DNA of 64,000 bases, from contig CAVXUF010000002.1 in assembly GCA_963764975.1 (NCBI GenBank), forward strand, positions 203,894-267,893, written 5' to 3'. A program made the translations under genes and the position numbers. The notes beneath the pieces were generated by a model. That model saw only the letters and a program-made list of their open reading frames with translations. It made no database searches and was not told where the DNA came from. This DNA is from an uncultured Chloroflexia bacterium. Lineage in GTDB: Bacteria; Chloroflexota; Limnocylindria; Limnocylindrales; CSP1-4. This document shows positions 33,682-43,874 of the stretch, in pieces (the first letter of the stretch is position 1; the number at the start of each line of letters is the position of its first letter).

Positions 33682-34458
33682 ATGGCCGACATCGACGCAC
33701 GGATCGACACCGGCATCCCCGACCGGGCGCCGTCCGATCCGCCCCAGGTCGTGGGACCCGATGGGACGGTCATGTCCCTCGTCGATCACCTCGGCGAGCT
33801 CCGGACCCGGCTCTTCCGGTCGATCCTGGCCGTCTTCGTCGGCGCCAGCGTCGGGTTCTACTTCTCGCCGGTCATCCGGACCTTCCTGATCGACCCGCTG
33901 CCCGACAAGCGGGTCCAGGTCCTGGGGATCGGGGACGCGTTCGCGATCCAGATGAAGATCGCGCTCGTGACCGGCATCATCCTCGCGATGCCGGTCCTGC
34001 TCTACCAGATCTGGGCGTTTATCGCGCCGGGGCTGACCCCGTCGGAGCGCAAGACCGTACGCCCCTGGATCCCGCTCGCCCTGTTCTTCTTCGCGCTGGG
34101 TGTCGGCATCGCGTACCTCGTCCTGCCGTACGCGGTCCAGTTCCTGCTGAGCTTCACGGACCCGATCTACTTCGTCTCCGCTCCCGCCGCGGGGCCATAC
34201 TTCGATTTCGTGACAACGATGTTCCTTGCGTTCGGGATCGTGATGGAGTTCCCGATCCTGCTCGTGGGCCTCTCGAGGGTCGGGATCATCACGTCAGCGC
34301 GGCTCCGGAGCTCGCGCCGTCTGGTCATCCTGGGGATCGCGATCTTCGCGGCCGTCGCGACGCCCGGCGGCGACCTCGTGAGCCCGTTCGTCCTCGGGGG
34401 CACGATGTACGTGCTCTTCGAACTGACCATCCAGTTCATCAAGCGCTCCGGACGATGA
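33682..34458 (+). CDS. tatC: twin-arginine translocase subunit TatC
   Basis: 258-aa polytopic protein. LVDHLGELRTRLFRS N-terminal motif and 6 predicted TM helices. Adjacent to tatA. Confidence 0.85.
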   Translation: MADIDARIDTGIPDRAPSDPPQVVGPDGTVMSLVDHLGELRTRLFRSILAVFVGASVGFYFSPVIRTFLIDPLPDKRVQVLGIGDAFAIQMKIALVTGIILAMPVLLYQIWAFIAPGLTPSERKTVRPWIPLALFFFALGVGIAYLVLPYAVQFLLSFTDPIYFVSAPAAGPYFDFVTTMFLAFGIVMEFPILLVGLSRVGIITSARLRSSRRLVILGIAIFAAVATPGGDLVSPFVLGGTMYVLFELTIQFIKRSGR

Positions 34459-35363
34459 CCGAGCCGTCGGTGACCGGCGGCCCGGGCGATCCCGCACCGG
34501 AAGGCGCGGTCGTCGTCGTCACGGGGTTGTCCGGCGGGGGCAAGACGGCCGCGGCCAAGCTCTTCGAGGACCTCGGCTACACGGTGGTCGACAACCTCCC
34601 CGGCGAACTGATGCCGGACCTCGCGGACCTCATCACCTCGGACCGGCAGCGCTTCGCCCGGGTCGCGATCGTGCTGGACGTCCGGTCCGGCGACCCGGTC
34701 CTCGGCCTCTCGTCGATGCGCGGCGCGCTGGAGGGTCGTGGCGTCCGCCCGTGGGTCGTGTTCCTCGAAGCGCGTGACGACGTCCTCATCCGGCGGTTCA
34801 GCGAGACCCGCCATCGCCACCCGCTTGACGACCAGCGGGGCATCGCCAACTCCATCGCGCAGGAACGGACGATCCTCGACCCGATCCGGGCAGGCGCGGA
34901 CATGGTGCTCGATACGTCGGACCTGTCGCTCCGCGAACTCCGCGAGCGGCTGTTCTCCGGTCTGTCGACGGCGACGCGTTCGGACCAGCTCGGGATCCAG
35001 CTGATCAGTTTCGGGTTCAAATACGGCCTGCCGCTCGAGGCAGACCTGGTCTTCGACGTCCGGTTCATGGAGAACCCGTTCTACATCGCGGACCTGCGGC
35101 CGCTGTCAGGGCTGACCGAGGAAGTCCGCGCGTTCGTGCTCGCCCAGCCGGTCGCCGGCCGGTTCCTCGAGCTGCTCCACGACTTCCTCGACTTCGCGAT
35201 CCCGGCCTACGTCGCCGAAGGCAAGGCGCGGCTCACGATCGCGATCGGATGCACCGGGGGCTTCCACCGCTCGATCGTCATGACCGAGGAGCTGGCGGCC
35301 TGGATGCGCGGCCGCGACGTCGGACCCGTGGCGGTCTTCCACCGGGAGCTCGAACGGCGATGA
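34455..35363 (+). CDS. rapZ: RNase adapter protein RapZ
   Basis: Start overlaps the tatC stop. P-loop GLSGGGKTAAAKLFEDLGY and C-terminal GCTGGFHRS motif. Confidence 0.85.
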   Translation: MTEPSVTGGPGDPAPEGAVVVVTGLSGGGKTAAAKLFEDLGYTVVDNLPGELMPDLADLITSDRQRFARVAIVLDVRSGDPVLGLSSMRGALEGRGVRPWVVFLEARDDVLIRRFSETRHRHPLDDQRGIANSIAQERTILDPIRAGADMVLDTSDLSLRELRERLFSGLSTATRSDQLGIQLISFGFKYGLPLEADLVFDVRFMENPFYIADLRPLSGLTEEVRAFVLAQPVAGRFLELLHDFLDFAIPAYVAEGKARLTIAIGCTGGFHRSIVMTEELAAWMRGRDVGPVAVFHRELERR

Positions 35364-36706
35364 ACCTGCGCCGCTGGTTGACGCCGGGGATCGGGGTCAA
35401 GCGCTGGCTGCTGGTGGTGTTCGCGGGGATGCTCCTGCTCGCCATGGCGTTCGCCCATCTGTTGCGCCAGCTCGGCGCGGAACTCGAGCCCACGGGTCTC
35501 GCGGCGACGGTGATCGACGTGCTCACGCTCCAGGCGCTGCCGTACGAGCTCCGCGGCCTGATCGTGGGCGGCGCCGGCGCGCTGCTGGCGGTCGTGGGAG
35601 CCGTGCGGGTCGTTCGCGCCTTCACGGATCCGCTGCGCCCCGCCGACCCGACCCAGCCGCTCGTGGAGCTGATGTACCAGCACCGAACGCTCTCCCGGGG
35701 GCCGCGCATCGTCGCGATCGGCGGAGGGACCGGCCTCTCGATCCTGCTCCGTGGGCTCAAGGAACGCACGAGCAACCTGACGGCGGTCGTCACGGTCGCC
35801 GATGATGGCGGCTCGTCCGGCGTCCTGCGCGACCAGCTCGGGATCCCTGCCGTCGGCGACATCCGCAACTGCATCGTGGCCCTCGCGGACACGGAGCCCC
35901 TGATGCAGGACTTGCTCCAGTACCGCTTCCCGATAGCGGGAGCCCGCGACGGAGCCGAGGATGGCGTGCCCGGCGTCGACGGGCTCGCGGGCCACCCGAT
36001 GGGCAATCTCCTCATCGCGGCGATGGCCGCCGTCGAGGGTGGCGATTTCGAGGAGGGCGTCCGGCGCATCAACCGGATCCTCGCGGTCCGCGGCCAGGTG
36101 CTTCCGGCGTCGGCGACCCCGCTGACGCTCCATGCCGCGCTCACCGATGGCCGCGTCGTCGATGGCCAGTCGCTGATCATGCGCACGAGCGGCATCGATC
36201 ACGTCTGGCTGACACCCGACAACGTTCGCCCGTCGACCGATGCGCTCGCGGCGATCGCCGAAGCAGACCTTGTCGTCATCGGGCCGGGCAGCCTGTATAC
36301 GAGCCTGCTGCCGAGCCTGCTCATCCCCGGCATCCGCGACGCGCTCCTCGCATCGTCCGCGCAGACGGTCTACGTCTGCAATGTCGCCACGCAGGAAGGC
36401 GAGACGACTGGGTTCGATCTTGGGGCACACGTCGAAGCCCTCGTCGCGCACACGGCGCCCGGGATCATCGACGTCGTCATCGCCAATACCCGGTTCGACG
36501 CCCGGGCGCCGGAGAAGTGGGGCGCGGAGGCCGTCCGCCTGCGCTGGCCGCCGGCCGTCACGCCTGCGCCGGACCTCGTGCTCCACGAGGTGGTCGACCC
36601 CGACAACGCGCACCACCACGACCCGGCACGGCTCGCCGACGCGGTCATCGGCGTCCTCGAACGGGCGCCGACATCGGGCCTCCAGGTCATCGGCCGGACG
36701 GCGTGA
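35360..36706 (+). CDS. yvcK: YvcK/CofD-like (UPF0052) gluconeogenesis factor family protein
   Basis: ATG 35360 overlaps the rapZ stop. IVAIGGGTGLSILLRGLK, VTVADDGGSSG, GPGSLYTSLLPSLL. N-terminal TM extension. Confidence 0.8.
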   Translation: MNLRRWLTPGIGVKRWLLVVFAGMLLLAMAFAHLLRQLGAELEPTGLAATVIDVLTLQALPYELRGLIVGGAGALLAVVGAVRVVRAFTDPLRPADPTQPLVELMYQHRTLSRGPRIVAIGGGTGLSILLRGLKERTSNLTAVVTVADDGGSSGVLRDQLGIPAVGDIRNCIVALADTEPLMQDLLQYRFPIAGARDGAEDGVPGVDGLAGHPMGNLLIAAMAAVEGGDFEEGVRRINRILAVRGQVLPASATPLTLHAALTDGRVVDGQSLIMRTSGIDHVWLTPDNVRPSTDALAAIAEADLVVIGPGSLYTSLLPSLLIPGIRDALLASSAQTVYVCNVATQEGETTGFDLGAHVEALVAHTAPGIIDVVIANTRFDARAPEKWGAEAVRLRWPPAVTPAPDLVLHEVVDPDNAHHHDPARLADAVIGVLERAPTSGLQVIGRTA

Positions 36707-36734
36707 TCTGTCGCCCGATGGGGGGCGTGCACGG

Positions 36735-37568
36735 ATGACCCGCTCGGAACGGGACCTGGTCAGCGCCCTGCGGGCGGAACTCGCGGCCATCGATCCCGCC
36801 CGGTCGTGCGACCGCGTGGCCGAAGCGCTCGGGCTCGGGTCGGTTCTCGTCGCCGGGCCGGCACGGGAGGGCCCGGTCGCCCGGCTGGCGGTTCGCCTTC
36901 GATACGAGATGCAGGACGGGACGAGCGTCACGTTCGACTGGTCGCGCGCGGCGGACCACTGTCGGACCGCCTGGCTGCGAGGACGGTTTCTGGCCCGTGG
37001 ATCGCTGAGCCTCGCCGGGGGCCGGACGCACCTGGAATTCGTGGTGGACCCGGTCGATGCCCCCGTTCTCGCCGCGCGTCTGGCCGACGTGGAGCTGCCC
37101 GCGTCGTGGCGGATCCGTCGGGGTCGCGGCGTGGTCACGTGGAAGAGCTCCGAACTCGTCAGCACGTTTCTCCGCCGGATCGGCGCGAGCGGCGCGCTCC
37201 TCGAACTCGAGGCCCGGCAGGTCTCGCGCACGCTCCGTGGTGAACTCAACCGCGTGCTGAACGCCGAGTCCGCGAACCTGCTCCGCGCGGTGAGTGCCGC
37301 GGGCCGCCAGCTGGACGCGATCGCGACGCTCGATGCCGACGGGCGTCTTGCCGTCCAGCCGCCGGTCGTTCGGATGGTCGCCACCGCGCGCCGGGCAACG
37401 CCCGAGGCCACCCTGTCCGAGCTCGCCGAGCGGCTCGCGATCCACCGATCAGCGGTCCAGCGGGCACTCGAGCGGCTCGAGCATCTGGCCGCGGACGACG
37501 ACGCGCCGGGGTCGCACGGGAGGTCGCGGACCAGCGCGCGGCGTTCGAGGTCGCGCGCTCTGGCATGA
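36735..37568 (+). CDS. whiA: DNA-binding protein WhiA
   Basis: ATG 36735 within ORF 36240..37568. LAGLIDADG-derived fold signature (WLRGRFLARGSLS) and C-terminal HTH (LSELAERLAIHRSAVQRALERL). Conserved position after rapZ-yvcK. Confidence 0.85.
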   Translation: MTRSERDLVSALRAELAAIDPARSCDRVAEALGLGSVLVAGPAREGPVARLAVRLRYEMQDGTSVTFDWSRAADHCRTAWLRGRFLARGSLSLAGGRTHLEFVVDPVDAPVLAARLADVELPASWRIRRGRGVVTWKSSELVSTFLRRIGASGALLELEARQVSRTLRGELNRVLNAESANLLRAVSAAGRQLDAIATLDADGRLAVQPPVVRMVATARRATPEATLSELAERLAIHRSAVQRALERLEHLAADDDAPGSHGRSRTSARRSRSRALA

Positions 37569-37577
37569 TTCGCGACG

Positions 37578-38369
37578 ATGCGTGACGTGATCGTGGCGGC
37601 CAACTGGAAGATGCACACCACGCCGGCCGATGCCGGCGAGCTCGCCCGGACCATCGCTGGGCGGATCCGAGAACCGGACGTCGTGCGGGTGATCTGCCCG
37701 CCGTTCGTGGCCCTCGCCGCCGTCCGGGACGCGCTCGCCGAGGCGGACCCCGATATCGCGGTCGGTGCCCAGAACGTCCACCACGAGCCGGCGGGCGCCT
37801 TTACCGGCGAGGTCGCAGCCTCGATGCTCATCGGGCTCGCCACGTGGGCGATCGTCGGGCACTCCGAGCGGCGCCGCGATGCCGGCGAGACCGACGCGAT
37901 CATCGGCCAGAAGGTCGGCCGGGCCGTGGCGGCCGGTCTGCGCCCCATCCTGTGCGTGGGGGAACAACTGGCCGATCGCGAAGCCGGTCGGGCCGTCGAC
38001 GTCGTGGACGGCCAGCTCGAAGGCGCGCTCGCTGACCTTGACCCGGTGACCCTCGCCAGTGCGGGTCTGGTCATTGCCTACGAGCCCGTGTGGGCCATCG
38101 GCACGGGCCGCAACGCCGTCGGCGCCGATGCCGCCGCGATGGCCGACGCGATCCGCGCTTCGCTCGCCCGGCTGGGGTGGGGGAGTGACGGGGAGCTCGT
38201 GCCGGTCCTCTACGGCGGGAGCGTCACCTCCGCGAACATCGGGGAGTTCCTCACCGAGCCCGCGATCGACGGCGCGTTGGTCGGGGGCGCATCGCTCAAA
38301 CCTGATGAGATGGCCGGGATCGTGGCACGGGCCGGGATGACCGCCCGGGCTCGTCGCGCGGCCGCGTGA
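37578..38369 (+). CDS. tpiA: triose-phosphate isomerase
   Basis: AANWKMH, GHSERR, YEPVWAIGTG. Confidence 0.9.
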   Translation: MRDVIVAANWKMHTTPADAGELARTIAGRIREPDVVRVICPPFVALAAVRDALAEADPDIAVGAQNVHHEPAGAFTGEVAASMLIGLATWAIVGHSERRRDAGETDAIIGQKVGRAVAAGLRPILCVGEQLADREAGRAVDVVDGQLEGALADLDPVTLASAGLVIAYEPVWAIGTGRNAVGADAAAMADAIRASLARLGWGSDGELVPVLYGGSVTSANIGEFLTEPAIDGALVGGASLKPDEMAGIVARAGMTARARRAAA

Positions 38370-39949
38370 CCGCCGGCGCCTCGGGTCGCCCGCGACCGGT
38401 CGTCCTTGTCGTCCTCGATGGGTTCGGGATCGGCGGTGACCCCGCGACCGATGCCATCGCCGCGGCACCCATGCCCACCTGGCGCGCGCTCCTCGCCCGC
38501 TGGCCGCATGCCGTGCTGGGGGCGTCCGAAGGCGACGTCGGCCTGCCGCAAGGCCAGATGGGCAACTCCGAGGTGGGCCACCTGAACCTCGGCGCCGGGC
38601 GCCCGGTGCTCCAGGACCTGCCCCGCATCGACGCCGCCATCGCCGATGGGTCCTTCGACGCGCGACCGGCCTTCCTCGCAGCGTGCGAACGCGCCAGGAC
38701 ATCGAGCGGGACGCTCCACGTCATCAGCCTCATCGGCCCGGGCGGCGTCCACGCCAACGACCGTCACCTGGTCGCCCTCGCGGCCCTCGCTCATCGCGAG
38801 GGCGTGCCGCGATTCTTCGTCCATGCGCTGCTCGACGGCCGCGACACGCCGCCGTCCTCCGCGCTGGGCTATCTCGCGGACCTCGAGCCGAGACTGGCCG
38901 CCGCGCACCCGGGTGCGTCGATCGCGAGCGTCGGCGGCCGCTACTTCGCGATGGACCGCGACGGCCGATGGGACCGGATCGAGCGCGGCTACGACGCGAT
39001 CGTCCACGGCGAGGCCGCTCATCACGCGCCGAGCGCCGTCGCCGCCGTCCTGGCTGCCTACGCGCGTGGCGAGACCGACGAGTTCGTCGCCCCGACCGTC
39101 ATCGACGGCCACGCGGGCGGGCTGGGCGACGGTGGCGTCCTCGTCCACGCGAACTTCCGCGCGGATCGGGCCCGGCAGCTCGTCCACGCGCTCGTCGACG
39201 AACCGTTCGAGGGCTTCGATCGTCGCGCCCCGACGGGCCGGTCCGCGCCGCTTGACCTCCTCGTCGTGACCATGACGGGATACGAGGCCGGGCTGCCTGC
39301 CGCCGTCGCGTTCCCGCCGGAGATCGTCCGCTCGCTCGCCGACGCGGTCGCCGAGGCCGGCTGGCGTCAGTCCCACATCGCGGAGACCGAGAAGTACGCG
39401 CACGTCACGTACTTCTTCAACGGGGGTCTCGAGGCCGCGCACCAGGGCGAGGACCGGACGCTCGTCCCGAGTCCGAATGTCGCGACCTATGACCTGGCCC
39501 CCGCCATGAGCGCGGCGGGCGTCACGGATGCGCTGGTGAGGGCGATCCGGTCAGGGACGTACGACGTCATCGTCGCGAACTACGCGAATGCGGACATGGT
39601 CGGCCACACCGGCGACTGGGACGCGACCATCGCGGCGCTGGCCACCATCGATGCCTGTCTGGCGCGCGTCGTCGATGCCGTGACCGCGATCGATGCGGAC
39701 GATCCTGCCCGCCCCGGCGCCGTCCTCGCGATCACCGCCGACCACGGGAACGCGGACCAGTTGCGCGACGGCGACGGGCGGCCGCTGACGGCGCACTCGC
39801 TCAACCCGGTGCCGCTGGTCGTGATCGGGCGGGCCGTGGATGGCCGGCTGCTCCGCGACGGGGTCCTCGCTGATGTCGCGCCGACCCTGCTCGAACTGCT
39901 CGGACTTCCCGCATGGGACGGGATGACGGGTCGTTCGCTGCTCGTGTGA
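38366..39949 (+). CDS. gpmI: 2,3-bisphosphoglycerate-independent phosphoglycerate mutase
   Basis: GTG 38366 overlaps the tpiA stop. VLDGFG, NSEVGHLNLGAGR, ITADHGNA. Confidence 0.9.
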   Translation: MTAGASGRPRPVVLVVLDGFGIGGDPATDAIAAAPMPTWRALLARWPHAVLGASEGDVGLPQGQMGNSEVGHLNLGAGRPVLQDLPRIDAAIADGSFDARPAFLAACERARTSSGTLHVISLIGPGGVHANDRHLVALAALAHREGVPRFFVHALLDGRDTPPSSALGYLADLEPRLAAAHPGASIASVGGRYFAMDRDGRWDRIERGYDAIVHGEAAHHAPSAVAAVLAAYARGETDEFVAPTVIDGHAGGLGDGGVLVHANFRADRARQLVHALVDEPFEGFDRRAPTGRSAPLDLLVVTMTGYEAGLPAAVAFPPEIVRSLADAVAEAGWRQSHIAETEKYAHVTYFFNGGLEAAHQGEDRTLVPSPNVATYDLAPAMSAAGVTDALVRAIRSGTYDVIVANYANADMVGHTGDWDATIAALATIDACLARVVDAVTAIDADDPARPGAVLAITADHGNADQLRDGDGRPLTAHSLNPVPLVVIGRAVDGRLLRDGVLADVAPTLLELLGLPAWDGMTGRSLLV

Positions 39950-39988
39950 TAGCATCCGACGCCGTTACCGCTCAGAGGACGTCGATCC

Positions 39989-40219
39989 GTGAATCCGCTC
40001 CTGGCGTTCGGCCAGATCATCGTGAGCATCGCGCTCATCATCGCCATCCTGATGCAGGCCCGGGGGACCGGGCTGTCGGGGACGTTCGGTGGTGATTCCG
40101 CCGTCTACCGCAGCCGCCGGGGGGTGGAGAAGCGGCTCTGGCAGTTCACGGTCGCCCTTCTCGTCCTGTTCGTGGCCTTCTCGCTCGTCTCGTTCCTGCT
40201 AGCGCCGTCCACGGCGTAG
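39989..40219 (+). CDS. secG: preprotein translocase subunit SecG
   Basis: 76-aa two-TM protein. IIAILMQARGTGLSGTFGG motif. Confidence 0.75.
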   Translation: MNPLLAFGQIIVSIALIIAILMQARGTGLSGTFGGDSAVYRSRRGVEKRLWQFTVALLVLFVAFSLVSFLLAPSTA

Positions 40220-40265
40220 GGATGCACCGGCCGCCGAGCGCGGCGATCGCGACACTCGGAGCCAG

Positions 40266-42013
40266 ATGACCCGCAACGACACCGCCGTCGTGGGGGCGCT
40301 CGTCCTGATGCTCGCGATCATCGCGGGGATCGTGGGCCTGCCCGCCATCCAGGCGACCCTCGCGAGCCCCACGCCCGTCGCCACCCCCACCGAGACCATC
40401 GACGTGCGCCCGTATCGCGCGGGCTTGGTGGGTCGGCCGGTGTCGATCAGCCCGCTGACGGCGAGGTCGCAGGCCGATCGCGACCTCGTCGCGTTGATCT
40501 TCTCGGGGCTCGTCCGGATCGGGCCGAACGGGACGGTCGTGCCGGACCTCGCGGCGCGCTGGTCCGTCGACGACGACGGGAAGGTCTGGACGTTCGACCT
40601 GCAGCCCGACGCCACCTGGCACGACGGCGAGCCCGTGACGGCGGACGACGTCGTGTTCACCATCGATGTCCTCAAGGATCCGGCATACACCGGACCCGCG
40701 GCCACGTCCTGGAGCGAGGTGACGGTCCGCGCGGAATCCCCGACGCGGGTGACGTTCACGCTCGCGACGCCGCTCGGTGGTTTCCTCCAGGCGGCGACCC
40801 AGCCGATCGCCCCGTTCCACCTGCTCGGCGGCATCCCGATCGAGGCGCTGCCCGACGATCCCTTCGGCCAGTCGCCGATCGGCGCCGGGCCGTTCGCCCT
40901 GGACCTGCTCGACGACGACCATGTCGAACTCGTGCCCGCCGCCCGGTTCCAGCAGCAGGATCCCGGTGGTCCGGACGTCGGATCCGGCGATCCGTCCGTC
41001 GCGCCCAGCGACTCGCTCAGCACCTCCTCACCGAGTCTTCGCCCGAACCGGCCGGTCCCGTACCTGCACGGGATGGAATTCCGGTTCTTCGACGACGTCC
41101 AGTCGCTGGCCCAGGCGTACCGGGATGGGGACCTCGACGCGGCGACGGGTCTCACGCCGGACCTCGCGATGGAGCTGTCGTCGCAGCCCGACAGCCGGCT
41201 GCTGCGCTACCCGGCCTCGACCCTGACAGCGGCGCTCCTCAACCAGCGCCCGGCGTACCCGGCGTTCCGCGACGCCGGGATCCGAACCGCACTCCTGGCC
41301 GCGATCGACCGTGGCGCGCTTGTCCGCGACGTGTTCGCGTCGCTCGCGGCGCCGGCGCAGGGCCCGATCCCGCCGAGCTCATGGTTGTTCGACCCGGAAG
41401 CGGATCCGGTGGTGCCGTTCTCGGTCAAGGATGCCGAGGACGCGCTCAAGAAGGCCAAGTGGACGAAGAAGGACGACGGCTGGCACCTGCCCGGCGCCGC
41501 CGCTCCGCTGACGATCGAAGTGGTCAGTCCGCAGCTCGGCGCGAATCCGACCGCATACGCCGCCGCCGAAGTGGTCGTGGACTCGTGGCGGGCGATCGGG
41601 ATCACCGTGACCCATGTCCCGCTGGCGCCGTCGGTGTTCGTGGAGCGATTGACGGCCGGCGACTTCGCCGTCGCGGTGACCGACGTGAACATGGGCCTTG
41701 ACCCGGACCTGTATGCGCTGCTCGCGTCGAGCCAGACGCAGACCGGCGGCTCGAACATCATCGGCGTCCAGGACTCGCCCTCGACAAGCTCCTCACCGCG
41801 GCCCGCAAGCCCGGGACCGAGGAGGAGCGGCTCGCCGCCTATTCGGCGCTCCAGGTGGCGCTCGGGAAGGGTCGCTTCCTGCTTCCGCTGGCCTTCCAGG
41901 ACGAGGTCCTGGTGCTCCGCGACACGGTCGAAGGACCCGTCGTCCGACAGGTCGCCGATCGGTCGGAGCGATTTTGGGATGTGCTAACATGGCGCCTCGC
42001 TGCCGACCGATGA
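40266..42013 (+). CDS. ABC transporter substrate-binding protein, family 5 (peptide/nickel type; one apparent frameshift)
   Basis: N-terminal anchor, LVRIGPNGTVVPDLAARWSVDDDGKVWTFDLQPDATWHDGEPVTADDV. One base is missing in the C-run at 41778-41780. The frame then continues LDKLLTAARKPGTEEERLAAY to stop 42011-42013. Confidence 0.8.
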
Positions 42014-42033
42014 CGCGGTCGTGCCGGGTCCAC

Positions 42034-42120
42034 GCCGAGGTGGCGGAATAGGCAGACGCGCTGGTTTCAGGTACCAGTGGCCGCAAGGTCGTGTGGGTTC
42101 AAGTCCCTCCCTCGGTACCA
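42034..42120 (+). tRNA. tRNA-Leu (anticodon CAG)
   Basis: GCCGAGG acceptor, anticodon loop UU-CAG-GU, long variable arm, GGTTCAAGTCC T-loop, encoded CCA. Confidence 0.9.
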
Positions 42121-42155
42121 CTCTCCCTCACGGATCCCAAGCAGCAGCGACACCT

Positions 42156-42240
42156 GCCCAGGTGGCGGAATTGGTATACGCGTACGTTTGAGGGGCGTAT
42201 GAGGCAACTCATCCGGGTTCAAGTCCCGGCCTGGGCACCA
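42156..42240 (+). tRNA. tRNA-Leu (anticodon GAG)
   Basis: GCCCAGG acceptor, anticodon loop UU-GAG-GG, long variable arm, GGTTCAAGTCC T-loop, encoded CCA. Confidence 0.9.
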
Positions 42241-42332
42241 CTCCCGCCGTTTACGCCATGACGACCGCCGACGAGGCGGTCGTTCCAATTCTGCGGGGCC
42301 GGCATCTCGGCGGGGCCGGTATCCTTGGCGGC

Positions 42333-42409
<77 letters not shown>

Positions 42410-42490
42410 TGCGGCCCCCGTCCGGGATCGAGGTGCCTGGCGGGCCCGACTCATCGCTCGGCCGCTCGCGGGTCCTGCGATGATGTCGCG

Positions 42491-43783
42491 ATGTCGACGC
42501 TTCGCCTGTCCGCCGACCGACTCGTCGACGGGACGGGCGGCTCTCCCATCGAGGGTGGCGTCGCCGTCCTGATCGAGGATGGACGGATCGTCGCGGTCGG
42601 CCCGGACGGATCGGTGCCATCACCGGAGGGCGGCCGACGCCGCGACTTCCCCGGGGCCACGATCCTGCCGGGTCTCATCGACCAGCACGTCCATCTCTGC
42701 GTGGCGCGCGGCGAGACGATGGTGGAGGACACGCTCGAGCGCACCGAGGACGACCTGGTCGTGTGGGGTGTCGGGTCCGCCGAACGGATGCTGCGAAGCG
42801 GCGTGACGACGGTCTTCGACTGTGGTGCCCGGGGAGCCGCCGGGCTGCGGATCCGCGATGCGCTGGGCCGCGGCCTCGGACTCGGTCCACGGGTCCTCGC
42901 CAGCGGGCGACCGATCACCCCCACCGGCGGCCACTGCTGGTTCTGGGGTGGCGAGGCCGACGGCGAAGCCGCCGTGCGCCGCGCCGTCGCGCAGCTGCTC
43001 GACGAGGAAGGCGCCGACGGGATCAAGATCATGGCCACCGGCGGCTACGCCACCTCGACCACGGATCCGCGGCTGGCCGCCTACCCACGTGACGTGCTTG
43101 CCGCCGCGGCCGACGAGGCGCACCGGCGGGGCCGGTACATCACGGCGCATGCGCATGGCGTGGCGGGGATGCGGGCGGCGAGCGAGGCCGGCATCGATTG
43201 CCTGCAACACGCCTCGATGATCGGCACGTCCGGGGGCTGGGAGTTCGATGCGGCGCTGGCGTCCGAGATGGCGGCACGCGGCACGCGCGCAGCGGTCACG
43301 ATGATGCAGAGCGTCCGCCTCAAGCGGGAGGCGGGCGTGACCATCGACTGGCGGTCCGCCGAGCGAGGTGACCGGCTGTCCGTGGCGCCCTGGATGGCCG
43401 ACGCCCGCCTGCTGCACGAGGCGGGCGTCACGCTCGTGACCGGCACGGACATGACCACCGTCGTCGACCCGGACCACGGCGAGGAGCTGATCCTGGAGAT
43501 CGAGGGGCACGTCGAGATCGGCCTGACGCCGCTCGAGGCGATCCGGGCGGCAACGTCGGACGGGGCACGGAACCTCGGGCTCGGGTCGGTCACCGGTGCG
43601 GTGCGGGAGGGCCTTGCGGCGGACCTGCTGGTCGTGGACGGAGAGCCAGACCGCGACATCCACGCCCTCCGGCGGCCATGGCTCGTGGTGCGCCAGGGAT
43701 CGCCGATCCAGCCGACCCGCGCGGCCGACCCACCGCTGCGCCTGCCCTCGGTCGATCGCGTTGGAGGCCCGAGACCGGACTGA
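42491..43783 (+). CDS. metal-dependent amidohydrolase family protein
   Basis: 430-aa ORF. GLIDQHVHL metal-binding motif, ITAHAHG, TGTD. Typical amidohydrolase-1 layout. Confidence 0.8.
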   Translation: MSTLRLSADRLVDGTGGSPIEGGVAVLIEDGRIVAVGPDGSVPSPEGGRRRDFPGATILPGLIDQHVHLCVARGETMVEDTLERTEDDLVVWGVGSAERMLRSGVTTVFDCGARGAAGLRIRDALGRGLGLGPRVLASGRPITPTGGHCWFWGGEADGEAAVRRAVAQLLDEEGADGIKIMATGGYATSTTDPRLAAYPRDVLAAAADEAHRRGRYITAHAHGVAGMRAASEAGIDCLQHASMIGTSGGWEFDAALASEMAARGTRAAVTMMQSVRLKREAGVTIDWRSAERGDRLSVAPWMADARLLHEAGVTLVTGTDMTTVVDPDHGEELILEIEGHVEIGLTPLEAIRAATSDGARNLGLGSVTGAVREGLAADLLVVDGEPDRDIHALRRPWLVVRQGSPIQPTRAADPPLRLPSVDRVGGPRPD

Positions 43784-43874
43784 GGGCCCGTTCCGGCATG
43801 CGCGGGGGAGACGCTCCTGCGTCGCGGGGGGCGTATCGTGCGCCTACAGCGCACCCTCACTGAGGACGGATCCA

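Noticed and set aside
35207-38074. 955-aa minus-strand ORF opposite yvcK, whiA and tpiA. Similar long antisense ORFs occur at 10742-12196, 13513-14976, 44228-45571, 45568-46641 and 47265-48977.
   Set aside because: All are antisense to well-supported genes and translate to Arg/Pro/Gly-rich sequence without motifs.
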